DNA of 64,000 bases from Tubiluchus corallicola (Eukaryota > Animalia > Priapulida). The notes under the pieces were generated by a model. It ran no database searches and had not been told where the DNA came from. It worked only from the letters and a program-made list of their open reading frames with translations. Positions 63,022-64,000 of the stretch are shown piece by piece. Location of the stretch: the NCBI GenBank assembly GCA_030141605.1, contig JAQGDQ010000396.1, positions 62,001 through 126,000 of the forward strand, read 5' to 3'. Each line of letters starts with the position of its first letter. Within the stretch, counting starts at the first letter, position 1. Made by a program: the position numbers and the translations under genes.

Positions 63022-64000
63022 CTGTTTTCAGCGACACGTATCTGCAGTGCCAGGTTCAAGATAACTGACCACTGACCTTGACTACCCACTCCAAGGTCAC
63101 AGCGCGCACAATCTACAATCTACTGTTTTGCGTAAATTTGGTCGTTCAGCCCTTATTTTTTATTACACTTACAAATGACGTCATATAGAGACTCCAAAAT
63201 AAACAATGACTTTAAATTGGGACTGGGTTCACAAACTGAGTGTCACTGTGTGACATAAATAGCAGAGGGTATAGAAAAGCATTTTGTGAGCGCTGGCACC
63301 TGATCAATACCACTGCATTCCAGATGGTGAATGTGTATTTTTAGGTAAAATAAATAAAAGCTTGATAAGTAGTTGCAGTAAATCTAATTTCAGGACGGCA
63401 CATGCGTTTTCGTTGGTCTACAATGTTTATAAAGCTCAGTCGCAAGATAACGTTCAATTACATTCAAACACAAATACATCAATATAGAATACTGATTATT
63501 ATTATGTAGTGTTAATAATTGTATTGACAGTCTTATGTAATATTATAAATATTACATGTAATCAAAATGTCAGACCTGAATCTGCTCGCGTTATCAACTA
63601 TCAGTATAAACCATGGGTTCCCAACCTTGGAGTCGCCAAGCACTTTCCATGGGGTCGCGGGCTAGTCCAAAAACTGTTTTTAAAAATGTTGTTTTCATGA
63701 AAAGTATGTAAACAGGTCTTGTTTCCTCAGTCTCTCATTACGTCGCTTTGTTCTGGAAAGTGAAACCCGCTCCAAATACGCCATACCAGTGCTTGATTTT
63801 CCGGGAAATGAAAATGCGCGTTGTTCCATGCTTCACTTGTGTACAGCATACATCGCCCGCTATTCATTTACCTTTGATACCTATTGCTTGTTGCATTTCT
63901 GGTCGCTAAGAAACAGGTGCAACCATCACTGGAAACAACTCGTTGTTTGTTGACTAGTAAGTTAAAATTAATAAATGCGAACGATAATAATGTTTAATAG

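Overview
AT-rich, intron-rich genomic DNA from an animal, most likely an invertebrate bilaterian. No prokaryotic features (operons, CRISPR) and no rRNA or tRNA genes were seen. I reconstructed six complete protein-coding genes by eye, with frame-consistent splice sites: SYVN1/HRD1 (-, 14 coding exons), L3HYPDH (+, 4), SART1/Snu66 (-, 19), an intronless CD151/TSPAN11-like tetraspanin (-), GNMT (-, 6) and an intronless USP48 (+) lying antisense inside GNMT intron 1. Introns and intergenic DNA carry CR1/L2, RTE-like and Penelope-like retroelement relics, a Tc1/mariner relic, several MITEs, microsatellites and a seemingly identical 585-bp tandem duplication. The most interesting signals are: (i) USP48 and GNMT look mutually interleaved, with the USP48 transcript probably starting near 47.7 kb and running antisense across GNMT exons 2-6; (ii) a perfect ERSE (CCAAT-N9-CCACG) in the HRD1 promoter, which is divergent to L3HYPDH; (iii) a Penelope-type minimal hammerhead motif with a U3-A8 compensatory core; (iv) two small elements of unrelated sequence that share inverted ends, ~6-bp target duplications and internal telomere-like repeats; (v) a probable GC-AG intron. 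Everything was read manually with no database search. Gene identities rest on recalled family motifs.
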